Below are positions 56,196-64,000 of a stretch of DNA of 64,000 nt, piece after piece. The notes beneath the pieces were generated by a model, which ran no database searches, was not told the origin of the DNA, and worked only from the letters and a program-made list of their open reading frames with translations. This stretch comes from Candidatus Atabeyarchaeum deiterrae. Its GTDB lineage: Archaea; Asgardarchaeota; Atabeyarchaeia; Atabeyarchaeales; Atabeyarchaeaceae. Location: the NCBI GenBank assembly GCA_037310415.1, contig CP147780.1, positions 2,240,001 through 2,304,000 of the forward strand, given 5' to 3'. The position numbers and the translations under genes are program-made. How positions within the stretch are numbered: position 1 is the first letter of the stretch; every line of letters starts with the position of its first letter.

Positions 56196-56678
56196 TTGGC
56201 TCTGAGAGTGGAAATTGATGAGATAGATGCGAAGATTATCAGAGCCTTGCAGAGAGATGCTCGCACGAGTTTCGCGAATATCGCTGCGGCCTGTGGCGTT
56301 TCAACCGACACAATCAGCAAGCGGTTCAAGAGAATGAAGAGGAATGGTGTCATCATTAGAACGACGCTGCTTTTGAACCCCAAGAGTGTTGGATACGAAC
56401 ATATGGCCAGCATTGGGATCCGCGCGGAGTTCTCTCATGTGCAAGAGGTCATTAACCATATTAGGAGGATGCCTGAGCTTAGTTTCTGCCGCCCGTCTTT
56501 GGGCATATACAATGTATATGCCATGGTTTTTGCGAAGAACCTTGAGAGCTTTGCGCAACTGAAAGACCACATAAAGGAACAATCTTGGGTGAGCGCGGTA
56601 ACGATGAGCATCTGGATCGATTCTCCTAATCCGAATTCCTTTAAGAACATTGAACTCGAATTTGAAGGGAGGAAGTGA
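56196..56678 (+). CDS. Lrp/AsnC family transcriptional regulator
   Basis: IDEIDAKII..LQ.DAR.SF..IA...GVS..TI..R...M...GVI; SD GGAGGG supports TTG 56196. Confidence 0.9.
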   Translation: MALRVEIDEIDAKIIRALQRDARTSFANIAAACGVSTDTISKRFKRMKRNGVIIRTTLLLNPKSVGYEHMASIGIRAEFSHVQEVINHIRRMPELSFCRPSLGIYNVYAMVFAKNLESFAQLKDHIKEQSWVSAVTMSIWIDSPNPNSFKNIELEFEGRK

Positions 56679-56682
56679 GAGA

Positions 56683-57192
56683 ATGGACAAGACGGACTTC
56701 GCTATTGTCAGCAGGCTAGTGCAGGATGCTCGTATGCCCTTCAGGAGGATTGCAAAGGAACTCGGTGTCTCAACAGATACCGTGACAAGAAGATATTCTG
56801 CGCTGAAAAAGCAGGGCGTTATCTTTGGAGCGACTGTCACAATTGATCCCAAAGTGATTGGATTTCAAGGATTGGCCGTATTCCTAATTGACATTTCACC
56901 TTTTTGCTCCCTAAAAAAAGATTCCGTTCGCTACGATTCTTTGTCGGTCTTGAAAGAATTAGCGAAGATGCCGAATGTGTTTCAGCCCACAAGGACTGTT
57001 GGAGATCATGATTTGTTATGCTTTGCGGCAATCAAAGATCTTGACCACTTGATTAGGATCAGAAACGATATTGCGGCAATACCCAGTGTTAGAGACATTC
57101 AGGGGACATGCTGGACTGAATTTCTAGAGTTTCCTAACCTTCAGGGTCATCACCGACTCTTCTTGCGTTCCGATCCTACTGTGGACATTTGA
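56683..57192 (+). CDS. Lrp/AsnC family transcriptional regulator
   Basis: MDKTD..IV..L..DARMPF..IAKELGVS..TV..R...L...GVI. Confidence 0.9.
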   Translation: MDKTDFAIVSRLVQDARMPFRRIAKELGVSTDTVTRRYSALKKQGVIFGATVTIDPKVIGFQGLAVFLIDISPFCSLKKDSVRYDSLSVLKELAKMPNVFQPTRTVGDHDLLCFAAIKDLDHLIRIRNDIAAIPSVRDIQGTCWTEFLEFPNLQGHHRLFLRSDPTVDI

Positions 57193-57284
57193 CGCATTCT
57201 GCTGACTTGTCGGTGAACCCGGAAACCGAAGTTGAATCGTTGGTCGCAACCAGTTCGTGGAGAGCGGGGGCAATCCTTTTTCGC

Positions 57285-57791
57285 TTACTTCTCTTGGATA
57301 CCTGTTGGTTTGAAGTACTTTATGTCACTCATAGTTCCTTTTCTTTCCTCGCTCCAGACAGCCTTGACTCTTGATCCCACTGGCATCTTCTTGTAGTCTT
57401 CTTTCTGGTTCCCCAAGGGCACTCCTCCGATGAACCAGAGCAGACCAGTGTCAGCCCCGTCAAGCTTAATGCCGCCAATGGCATATGGCGGCTTGGGCAA
57501 CCCCGTGAATTGAACGTAGCATATTGTGAAAGTCTGAATGACTCCTGTGTCTTTGACTTCAACCCAATCTGTTGTTGGAACAAAACATCGCTCACAGAAA
57601 TTCCTCGGAGGGATCAGAACCCTGTTGCACCGGGGGCACTTGGTTCCCATTATCTTCTTGTTCTTTAGTTCGGTGAAGAACTTCGTCGCCGCTTTTCCGC
57701 CAGAATGAACATAGGGGATATTCCATCGACCTGGAAACTCTAGGAATACGTCTTTCTTCTCCTTCTCAGCGCCTTTACTCCCAGTACTCAT
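57285..57791 (-). CDS. DUF35 Zn-ribbon/OB-fold protein
   Basis: G.KCPRC.RV..PPR.FCERC, G.I.TFT, PY....I.LDGAD, G.RVKAVW. Confidence 0.9.
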   Translation of the reverse strand: MSTGSKGAEKEKKDVFLEFPGRWNIPYVHSGGKAATKFFTELKNKKIMGTKCPRCNRVLIPPRNFCERCFVPTTDWVEVKDTGVIQTFTICYVQFTGLPKPPYAIGGIKLDGADTGLLWFIGGVPLGNQKEDYKKMPVGSRVKAVWSEERKGTMSDIKYFKPTGIQEK

Positions 57792-57881
57792 GACTTTACA
57801 TTCACCTCTTCTTCTCACGGTTCTTGATTAGTTGATTCCGACTTGATTATGCGACTTATCTCTTGGATTCTTTACGTGCTT

Positions 57882-59048
57882 CTACGGTGTTTTTCCCAAG
57901 ATCATTAGTGTGTGAAGTGATATTGCGCCTCCCCATGCGTGTGCTATGGCTGTCTCAACATTGGGCACTTGCATTTGGCCTGATTTTCCCATGACTTGGC
58001 GTGCAGCTTCAGCCACCCTGATTAATCCTGTAGCGCCTATTGGATTGGTGGCTTGGACTCCACCTGACGGGTCGACGGGCAAATCTCCTTTCATGCCTGT
58101 GGCGCCACTTTCAACCAGCTTTCCACCTTCACCTTTGGCGCAGAAATGCAGGGCTTCGTATTCGAGTATCTCTTGACAAGCAAAGGCCTCGTAGAGCTCT
58201 GCCACTTGGAAGTCTTTTAGCGGGTTTGCTATCTTTGCCTTGCGATAGACCCGTCTTCCAAGCATTTCTAGCGTGTCCCAGTCGGCCATGTCAGGCCGTT
58301 CTCCCGGAGAATAAGCATCTGATATTGAGCCAGCGCCCTTGATCCAAGCAGGCTCCTTGCACAGCTGCTTCGCTTTGCATTCCGAGGCGAATATGACAGC
58401 AGCTGCGCCATCTGATCTTGGACAACACATGTAGAGAGTCAATGGCCATGAAATGACGCCTGAATTCATGACGTCTTTGACAGTCATGTGCAGGTGTAGG
58501 TGTGCGTTGGGATTGTTGAAGGCGTTCTCATGGTTTTTGGCTGCCACCATTGCAAAGTGCTCCATCTTCGTTCCATATTTAGCGATGTGAGCTGCGCCTT
58601 GTAAGGCTCCCGCACTAATGGCTCCAGCTCCGGTCCCTCTTTCATACACGGGATCAACTGCTGTGTTGAGCACCAGTTGGGCGTCCTCGCACTCGCCGAC
58701 TCTTTGACAGCAAACAACAAGCACTACGTCGAAAAGACCCGAGGCAACGTGGTAGTAGCCTGCCTGAGCAGCTGAACCACCAGTAGTTCCACCAGTTGAT
58801 ATTTTCATGTAAGGCTTACCGAGGGGAGCGCCAGTCGCGTCAACATCCCACCTGTCAGGGGCCTCAACTCCATCAAACGGATCCATGCAACCATAGACGA
58901 CAGCATCTACGTCTTTCAGCGTTATGCCCGCATCGTTCAAAGCTGCAGTGACAGCTTCATAGGTGATGTCTGGGTGGGTGACATCCCTTCTTTTTGTGGC
59001 TGTTTTAGTCAAACCGGTGCCAATTATAGCTGCCTTGTTGACAACCAT
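57882..59048 (-). CDS. SCP-x-type thiolase-fold protein (Ltp3-like)
   Basis: STGGTTGGSA (no nucleophilic Cys), KNH.NA..NP.AH, CP.SDGAAA, ELYEAF, PSGG...TNPIGATG, HAWGG. Confidence 0.85.
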   Translation of the reverse strand: MVVNKAAIIGTGLTKTATKRRDVTHPDITYEAVTAALNDAGITLKDVDAVVYGCMDPFDGVEAPDRWDVDATGAPLGKPYMKISTGGTTGGSAAQAGYYHVASGLFDVVLVVCCQRVGECEDAQLVLNTAVDPVYERGTGAGAISAGALQGAAHIAKYGTKMEHFAMVAAKNHENAFNNPNAHLHLHMTVKDVMNSGVISWPLTLYMCCPRSDGAAAVIFASECKAKQLCKEPAWIKGAGSISDAYSPGERPDMADWDTLEMLGRRVYRKAKIANPLKDFQVAELYEAFACQEILEYEALHFCAKGEGGKLVESGATGMKGDLPVDPSGGVQATNPIGATGLIRVAEAARQVMGKSGQMQVPNVETAIAHAWGGAISLHTLMILGKTP

Positions 59049-59064
59049 TCTTTTTCTGCCTCCA

Positions 59065-60219
59065 TCAATCCTTGCTCAAGATGACTACGCCGTGTCCCAT
59101 TGACGCGGCTCCCGCGATGTGAGTTATTCCGTGGGCCAGAGCTTTCTTCACGCCTTTGACTTGGTGTTTGCCGGCTTCTCCTCTCAACTGCAGAGCCGCT
59201 TCAGCAACTCTAAACAGACCTGCGGCATGATGGGGATGCGATGAAAGAGCCCCGCCAGATGGATTGACTGCAAGCTCGCCGATCCGTCCATCTGAATCCA
59301 TTTTGTCTATGGTTGCACCCCCGCAACCCTTGTCACAGAGCTTGAGTGCCTCGTACTCCATTAGTTCGTGGTAAGATGTTATGTCGTGGAGTTCTGCGAC
59401 CTGTAAATCTCTCAAGGGGTTCTCTATCCCTGCCATCTTGTATGCTCTCTCAGAAGCCCAGCGCAGTGGAAGTAGCTCTCCCGGTTCGGCGTCCTGGAAA
59501 TAGTAGGAACCAACGTTCCATGCTAACCCGTCTATCCAGACGGGTTTATCCGTAATTCTCTTGACATATTCGGAAGATGCTAGAACGACTGCGCATGCGC
59601 CTGATGATGACGGTGGGAGGTCAAGCTTCTTCAATGGGTATGAAACCATTGGAGATCGCAGGGCTTCGTTAAGTGTTACTGCTTTTCTCAGGTGGGCGTA
59701 TGGGTTCTTCGCGCCGTTCCTTCTATTCTTCACGACGACTTTGGCAGCCTGTTTCTCTGTTACTCCAGCTGCTTTCATGTAGCCGTTTGCATGCATCGCG
59801 AAGGAGGTCACCCAGCTTAGTCCGAACCCTCTTGTGAACAGATGGTCAAATGCGTAATTAGTTACTAGTTCAAAAGGTGACTCAGTTGTTCCGATGCCTG
59901 TCACCATTGCTGTATCATGTAGACCTGAAGCCAGTCTCATGTAAGCGTATGCAAGGGAGAATGTTCCGTCTTCCGCGCATCTACTCTCGTCCTTCAGGAA
60001 TCCGCCTGCTGAAGTGCAGGTGTGCATGTTTGAGATTGTTCGCCCGTCTGCGACATCATCTCCAGCTTCTATGACCGTGTCAAGTTCGCTTCGTTCCATT
60101 CCTGCGTCTTGAAGAGCTTTCGACGCGGCTTCGTAGACAATATCGTAGAAGACATCTTTCTTCTTGCTCTCGCACTTGGTTTGTCCAACTCCTACTATTG
60201 CAACTCTGGGCTTAACCAA
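59065..60219 (-). CDS. SCP-x-type thiolase-fold protein (Ltp4-like)
   Basis: ESRCAEDG..SL.YAY, KN..NG.KNPYAH, AELHD, VNPSGGAL..HP..AAGL.RV.EAA, ALAHG. Confidence 0.85.
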   Translation of the reverse strand: MVKPRVAIVGVGQTKCESKKKDVFYDIVYEAASKALQDAGMERSELDTVIEAGDDVADGRTISNMHTCTSAGGFLKDESRCAEDGTFSLAYAYMRLASGLHDTAMVTGIGTTESPFELVTNYAFDHLFTRGFGLSWVTSFAMHANGYMKAAGVTEKQAAKVVVKNRRNGAKNPYAHLRKAVTLNEALRSPMVSYPLKKLDLPPSSSGACAVVLASSEYVKRITDKPVWIDGLAWNVGSYYFQDAEPGELLPLRWASERAYKMAGIENPLRDLQVAELHDITSYHELMEYEALKLCDKGCGGATIDKMDSDGRIGELAVNPSGGALSSHPHHAAGLFRVAEAALQLRGEAGKHQVKGVKKALAHGITHIAGAASMGHGVVILSKD

Positions 60220-60501
60220 AAAGCGAATCGCCCTCCATCTTGACTTTTTTCCCTTTCAGAAAAGGCATACGACCGATTTCTAGATCCAGGCGGTCACCAG
60301 GGTCTGTAGTTATTGTTCTAAAACTGACCATGTCCCACTATATATAGATTGATCTGACAAGAGTTCCTGATGAAGAAAAAGTGGCCAACAGAAGCCGACC
60401 GATATTTGAGCCATATCCATTAACGCGTCAGGCTTCCACTCGCATCACGTAAACCATATAACCTTAACCCTCCAAGTTCTCAGAAAGGAGAATGGAGCAA
60501 A

Positions 60502-61941
60502 TTGTCTCTAGATCAAATTGCTGCGCGTTATGAGAAGTTGAGTAGTCAGCTATCCGAGCAGTATTACAATCAGGACGCTGGCTTAACCTATGATAGAGAA
60601 TTAATGAGAAAACTCTCTGGCGAACTGACCGATGTCAGCCGCGAATTTCTAGACAAGTTCACCAAACCCCGAAGTATGTATCTTGAGTCTATAGCTACGA
60701 TTGCCCAAGCAGAAAGACTTGAAGTTGAGCTTGACTTCAAGGACCAGCGCATGGAGAAAATTTCAACTGACAAATATACCTTGAATGGTAAGCGCGTCAA
60801 CTGGGGCAACTGGCGGCAATTCAATTCACAGACTGACGACCCAAAGAAACGTAAGGAAGTTTTCGACGAATTCATCTCCAAAGCCCCTTCAATTGGACAT
60901 CTTGTGGAAAAACGCATGGCAATATCCCGAGAAGTCCACAAACGCTACGGCTTAACGCCCTTAGATGCGTATTTGGAACTTGAACAGACGACCTACAAAG
61001 GAATAATCAGCCTGCTCGAAGAACTTGGAGACGGAGCACGAAATCATTTCCTCAAAGCAGCGGAACACTATGCACCTGAAGCTCTGCACAAGCCGAAGAC
61101 TGAATACTTCGACGACTTTTACACTTGGCGCGGACGCATCTACAAGCCCCTAGATAGAATCCTCAAGGACAAGAACCCAATTGCAGCAATTCGAAAGGTC
61201 TTGACCACTCTGGGATTCAACTATTCAAAGATTAAAGTAGATGCCGAAGACCGCCCAAACAAAAGTCCATCTGCTTCATGCTGGGGGATAAATGTCCCAA
61301 ACGATGTGCGAATTCTGTACAGGAGTGTTTCACCCTTCGAGGATCTCGGCAGCGTATTTCACGAATTCGGGCATGGCGTCCACGAAACGAACGCAGATCC
61401 AAATGACACCGTCTGGAAACGCTACATAGTCCCGAGGAGCGTATCTGAAACATTCAGCATCCTCATTGAAGAGATCACGCGTGATCCGCTATTCTTATCA
61501 CAGGAATTGAAACTCGAAAAGACAGCAATACAGGAAATAGTCAGTCGAGTAAAATTCATGAATCTAGCATTCTTAACATTCTACGCTGCAAACAGCATAA
61601 TGAAGACCGAATTTTGGAAAAACAATTACACCGTAGAGCAAGCAGCAGATCGCTGGCAGCAACTCACCAAACGCTTCTTCATAGAAACCCCGGGTTACTA
61701 CTGGATACTGCATCACGTGATGCCCGATTATGATTTGTACTCTCCGAGCTATGTAATCGCTTCAGTCAGAGTAACAGCTATAAAAGAACGATTGTCAAGC
61801 GAGTACGGCGAAACATGGTGGAAGAACCCCAAAGCGGGAGAATACATTCGAGAACTGGCCAAGACGAGAGGGGAATTCAACATCAGGCAATGGAAGCTCG
61901 TTCCAAACACATACCTGAAAGAACAAATCGTAACATTCTAA
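60502..61941 (+). CDS. M3/M32-like zinc metallopeptidase
   Basis: KS..A.C, FHEFGHGVH (HExxH), SETFS third ligand, YSPSY. Confidence 0.8.
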   Translation: MSLDQIAARYEKLSSQLSEQYYNQDAGLTYDRELMRKLSGELTDVSREFLDKFTKPRSMYLESIATIAQAERLEVELDFKDQRMEKISTDKYTLNGKRVNWGNWRQFNSQTDDPKKRKEVFDEFISKAPSIGHLVEKRMAISREVHKRYGLTPLDAYLELEQTTYKGIISLLEELGDGARNHFLKAAEHYAPEALHKPKTEYFDDFYTWRGRIYKPLDRILKDKNPIAAIRKVLTTLGFNYSKIKVDAEDRPNKSPSASCWGINVPNDVRILYRSVSPFEDLGSVFHEFGHGVHETNADPNDTVWKRYIVPRSVSETFSILIEEITRDPLFLSQELKLEKTAIQEIVSRVKFMNLAFLTFYAANSIMKTEFWKNNYTVEQAADRWQQLTKRFFIETPGYYWILHHVMPDYDLYSPSYVIASVRVTAIKERLSSEYGETWWKNPKAGEYIRELAKTRGEFNIRQWKLVPNTYLKEQIVTF

Positions 61942-62044
61942 CCCAACACACCTTCTCTACCTTACACTCTATAGGCTCCTGACAAGAGAGAACCTCATCG
62001 CGACAGCAATGGTCATATGAGGAAGTGCCGTTCACTTATTGTCC

Positions 62045-63115
62045 TCATATCCATTTCTTTCTCCTGAAGTAGAGTAACATTACGATTCCTACTGAGAGCA
62101 TCAAGAACAGGATCAAAGGATAACCGATGGTTAACTCAAGTTCAGGCATGAATCTGAAATTCATGCCGTAGAGACCTGCAATGAAGCTGAGCGGCATGAA
62201 GATGGTCGCAATTATGGTAAGCACCTTCATTACTTCGTTCAGTCTGTTGCTGACACTTGACACGTAAACATCCATCATGTTTGTAAACAAATCGCGGAAC
62301 GTTTCTAGATTATCAATAGCCTGAACCACGTGATCATAGACATCACTGAGGAATATCTGGGTAGGCTCCTTGACTAGTTCTGATTCGCTTCTTTGCATTG
62401 AACTAATGACTTCCCTCATAGGCCAGGCAACTTTCCGCAGAAACAGCAGTTGCCCTCGTAGTCGATGAATGTCGCGAAGAAGCTCTGTAGATGGGTTTTC
62501 TAGTACCGCATCCTCAAAATAGTCAATCTTCTCTCCTATGCTCTCCAAGACCACGAAGTAGTTATCAACAATCGCGTCGAGCAAACCGAAGGCAAGGTAG
62601 TCTGCTCCCATTTTCCGGAGGCGTCCTTTTCCAGCTCTGACGCGCTCCCTGACTTTGTCAAAGACATCGCCGATTCCTTCCTGAAAAGTGATGACGTAGT
62701 TTGGACCGAGGACGAGGCTTATATGCTCAGCTATTACCTGGTTTCTGTTTTTCCCATGGTAGACCATCTTTGAAACGATGAAGATGTAGTCCTCAAGATC
62801 CTCTATTTTTGGGCGCTCTCCGGTATTCAGAATATCTTCAAGTATGAGTGGGTGTAACCCTAGATGTATTCCGATTTTCTCAATGATGTCGACTTTGAAA
62901 AGACCATCTATGTTTACCCATGTTACTCCTGGCTGGTCTTTAATGGGAAAACAGTCTTCAATCCTTTTCACTTCTTTTTCTTTGAGATTTGTTTGGTCAT
63001 AGTGCATTATAGTGATCCTTACCTTCCCGCTCTTCTTCGCACCTGTGTACACAAGTGAGCCAGGCGGAAGTCCGACTCCCTTCAGGGCCTTTTCATAGAG
63101 TTCAGTCACATTCAT
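62045..63115 (-). CDS. corA: Magnesium/cobalt transporter CorA
   Basis: GLPPGSL, LHPL.LEDI, RPKIE, NEVMKVLT, YGMNF, MPEL. Confidence 0.96.
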   Translation of the reverse strand: MNVTELYEKALKGVGLPPGSLVYTGAKKSGKVRITIMHYDQTNLKEKEVKRIEDCFPIKDQPGVTWVNIDGLFKVDIIEKIGIHLGLHPLILEDILNTGERPKIEDLEDYIFIVSKMVYHGKNRNQVIAEHISLVLGPNYVITFQEGIGDVFDKVRERVRAGKGRLRKMGADYLAFGLLDAIVDNYFVVLESIGEKIDYFEDAVLENPSTELLRDIHRLRGQLLFLRKVAWPMREVISSMQRSESELVKEPTQIFLSDVYDHVVQAIDNLETFRDLFTNMMDVYVSSVSNRLNEVMKVLTIIATIFMPLSFIAGLYGMNFRFMPELELTIGYPLILFLMLSVGIVMLLYFRRKKWI

Positions 63116-63195
63116 CCCCTCATATCAATAGTTTAGCAGTACAGATATTACACGATATCTTCTGCAATTGCCAGTATGCTCCTTGTCTTTGACGT

Positions 63196-64000
63196 TCATC
63201 CTTCATATTTGTTGATGATCGGCATTTTCCATCCGATGCCGAATGCCTTTGGTGTGACCTTAATGCAGGGTGGAGCTTGCCAGCGTTTGTATTCGGCTCT
63301 TCTGATTCTTTTGTAGGTGTCTTCAACAACCTCTTTGGGATAGCCCATCTCGATCAATTCTCGTTTACCTCTCCTGTCTTCTATTATCTCGTCGACTAGT
63401 GGGCTAATCATGTTGAAGTCGAAGGGGTCAAACTGTCCTTCCTTGAGTTCTGGTGAGGGTTTCTTGCTGAGGACACTTTGCGGTATTATATCTCTTCGTG
63501 CCTTTTCATTAACGTAGTTGGCAAGCTTGTAGACTTCAAGTTTGCTGATGTCGCCAAGAGCCCCAATGCCACCTGTCATGTCACCATACAGAGTGCAGTA
63601 TCCTAGGGCAAGTTCAGTCTTGTTTCCAGTGTTCACGACTAGTGCTTTCAAATCTTTTAATCGATTGGATATATCCATGAGGCAATTGCCTCTTGTCCTA
63701 GGCTGAATGTTCTCGTCAGCTATTGGATCGTCACTTTTTTGGGTAAGGTTGAAGTGTTTCCGTATCTCCTGCAGAGGTTCCTCTAGTTCCGTCGTGTAGC
63801 TGTCGACAATGTCTTGGATCGGGAACTGAATGAGGCATATAGCCAGGTTATCGGCTAGTATCTGGGCATCTTTCTTGCTGTGTCCAGTTGAGAACTTGGT
63901 GGGCATGGATACTCCTATAACGTTTTCTTTGCCTAGGGCTTCGGCAACTATGCATGTGGTTAGTGATGAGTCGATCCCGCCGCTCATTCCCACGATGGCT
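63196..64000 (-). CDS. nadE: NAD+ synthetase (5'-truncated by window edge)
   Basis: GMSGGIDS, ENIQPR.R, NTGNKTE..LGY.TLYGD, PSPEL, AEYKR.QAPP. Confidence 0.93.
   Translation of the reverse strand, partial: AIVGMSGGIDSSLTTCIVAEALGKENVIGVSMPTKFSTGHSKKDAQILADNLAICLIQFPIQDIVDSYTTELEEPLQEIRKHFNLTQKSDDPIADENIQPRTRGNCLMDISNRLKDLKALVVNTGNKTELALGYCTLYGDMTGGIGALGDISKLEVYKLANYVNEKARRDIIPQSVLSKKPSPELKEGQFDPFDFNMISPLVDEIIEDRRGKRELIEMGYPKEVVEDTYKRIRRAEYKRWQAPPCIKVTPKAFGIGWKMPIINKYEG

Noticed and set aside
1-64000. rRNA, tRNA, CRISPR arrays, integrase or autonomous transposase
   Set aside because: None recognised by eye; tRNAscan-SE, Infernal and CRISPR finders were not run, so small RNAs could be missed

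Overview
Prokaryotic, almost certainly archaeal chromosome segment (KaiC/RAD55-like ATPases, GvpD-like ATPase, UPF0282 MBL hydrolase, DUF2769, DUF35/thiolase cluster, MNT-HEPN pair, TATA-like promoters, U-rich terminators; an Asgard- or Bathyarchaeia-like anaerobic heterotroph is plausible but is inference only). About 60 coding regions: lipid/sugar/peptide catabolism (acyl-CoA ligase, four Gfo/Idh/MocA oxidoreductases, GH4, two TIM-barrel sugar isomerases, PIG-L deacetylase, MFS/DMT transporters, Ltp3/Ltp4-like thiolases, M3-like peptidase, LonC), PolX-PHP, CorA, NadE and several C-terminally anchored surface proteins. No rRNA, tRNA or CRISPR array was recognised. Highlights: (1) a 1292-bp transposase-less element (34599-35890) carrying only tnpB but bounded by perfect 22-bp terminal inverted repeats starting GGTTCTGTT (IS6/IS257-like) and an exact 8-bp target-site duplication TATATGAA, an architecture that does not fit IS200/IS605 or IS607; (2) an RsbR-RsbS-RsbT stressosome operon with an RsbX-RsbT phosphatase-kinase fusion, preceded by KaiC-like ATPases, in a lineage without sigma-B; (3) a secreted caspase/gingipain-fold His-Cys peptidase fused to a hydrophobic-hairpin C-terminal domain followed by a small membrane protein (candidate toxin-immunity pair) next to an AT-rich accessory island.
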